From positions 1 through 26,160 of IMG/VR virus record IMGVR_UViG_3300025009_000348: a stretch of 26,160 nucleotides of DNA. One strand, 5' to 3'. Positions within the stretch are counted from its first letter, which is position 1. Every line of letters begins with the position of its first letter. The notes under the pieces were generated by a model, which was not told the DNA's origin, did no database searches, and saw only the letters and a list, made by a program, of their open reading frames with translations. The position numbers were made by a program, and so were the translations under genes. This DNA comes from a virus. Lineage: Duplodnaviria; Caudoviricetes. Positions 25,808 through 26,160 of this stretch are shown here, in pieces.

Positions 25808-25901
25808 GAATGTATTCTCCCTTTAGCTTTGGTTGTTTAATAATCTTCTCAAAGGTTGGTACTTCCATATCCTCATCACCCCAATAGAGAAATTTAGTCA
25901 T
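25746..25901 (-). CDS. Hypothetical highly charged protein (51 aa)
   Basis: Start reassigned to ATG 25901 (GAGGT RBS, overlaps the upstream stop). Confidence 0.55.
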   Translation of the reverse strand: MTKFLYWGDEDMEVPTFEKIIKQPKLKGEYIREQDQERRERSYYKREKDEE

Positions 25902-26100
25902 TAATAACCTCATAATTAATAGTTGATAAACCACAAAACCCATCTATACACTCTTTATTAACCCATTGCCATGCCATACAACTATCAGCCTGACAATTAG
26001 AATTATAATAAACAGCAAAATTAGAAGAGTAACAACTTTGTTCATTTCCAATATAAGTCATGTGTGGACATATTTTTGTTTGTGCTACTTTTGGTGTCAT
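25894..26100 (-). CDS. Small Cys-rich phage protein
   Basis: 68 aa with KICP...CQADSCMAWQW...GFCGL pattern. RBS GGAGGT. Confidence 0.8.
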   Translation of the reverse strand: MTPKVAQTKICPHMTYIGNEQSCYSSNFAVYYNSNCQADSCMAWQWVNKECIDGFCGLSTINYEVIND

Positions 26101-26159
26101 TTAATTACCTCCAACCACTCTTTTGGCATATCAATCCCACAAGCATAGTCAATATTATT
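26097..26159 (-). CDS. 3' end of a probable T7 endonuclease I-like resolvase (5'-truncated)
   Basis: NNIDYACGIDMPKEWLEVIK* resembles the P.EW C-terminus of endonuclease I. ATGA overlap with the next gene. Only 20 codons visible. Confidence 0.5.
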   Translation of the reverse strand, partial: NNIDYACGIDMPKEWLEVIK

Positions 26160-26160
26160 T

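Noticed and set aside
1-26160. tRNA genes, CRISPR arrays, integrase/att sites, introns or inteins (e.g. in RNR)
   Set aside because: No cloverleaf, repeat-spacer periodicity, recombinase or splicing motifs seen. The RNR is compact and uninterrupted.

Overview
AT-rich fragment of a tailed (podovirus-like) dsDNA bacteriophage genome, arranged as two convergent transcription units. The plus strand (1-20.7 kb) holds the virion module: a partial head-tail adaptor, a tail tubular/nozzle protein, an Ig/MBG-repeat protein, two probable ejection proteins, a 3308-aa polyvalent virion protein, and a tail fibre with a downstream chaperone-like gene. A lysis cassette follows (holin-like, amidase endolysin, holin-like, atypical spanin-position protein). 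The minus strand (20.9-26.2 kb) holds DNA-metabolism genes: the 3' end of an endonuclease I-like gene, a metallophosphoesterase, dUTPase, a class II ribonucleotide reductase and small hypothetical genes. Most notable candidates: (i) the giant virion protein combines a zincin HExxH peptidase, a GGDWDLD motif resembling the two-barrel RNA polymerase catalytic loop, winged-helix-like segments and a PLxRFG-like C-terminus, so it may be an injected, highly diverged virion RNA polymerase; (ii) a near-consensus sigma70 promoter and intrinsic terminator define a ~108-nt A/G-rich sRNA in the convergent intergenic region; (iii) the spanin-position protein has an N-terminal TM helix and a C-terminal outer-membrane-type beta-strand region but no lipobox; (iv) a structured, possibly pseudoknotted RNA element lies between the tail fibre and its chaperone. 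All calls come from reading motifs by eye; no database searches were run.
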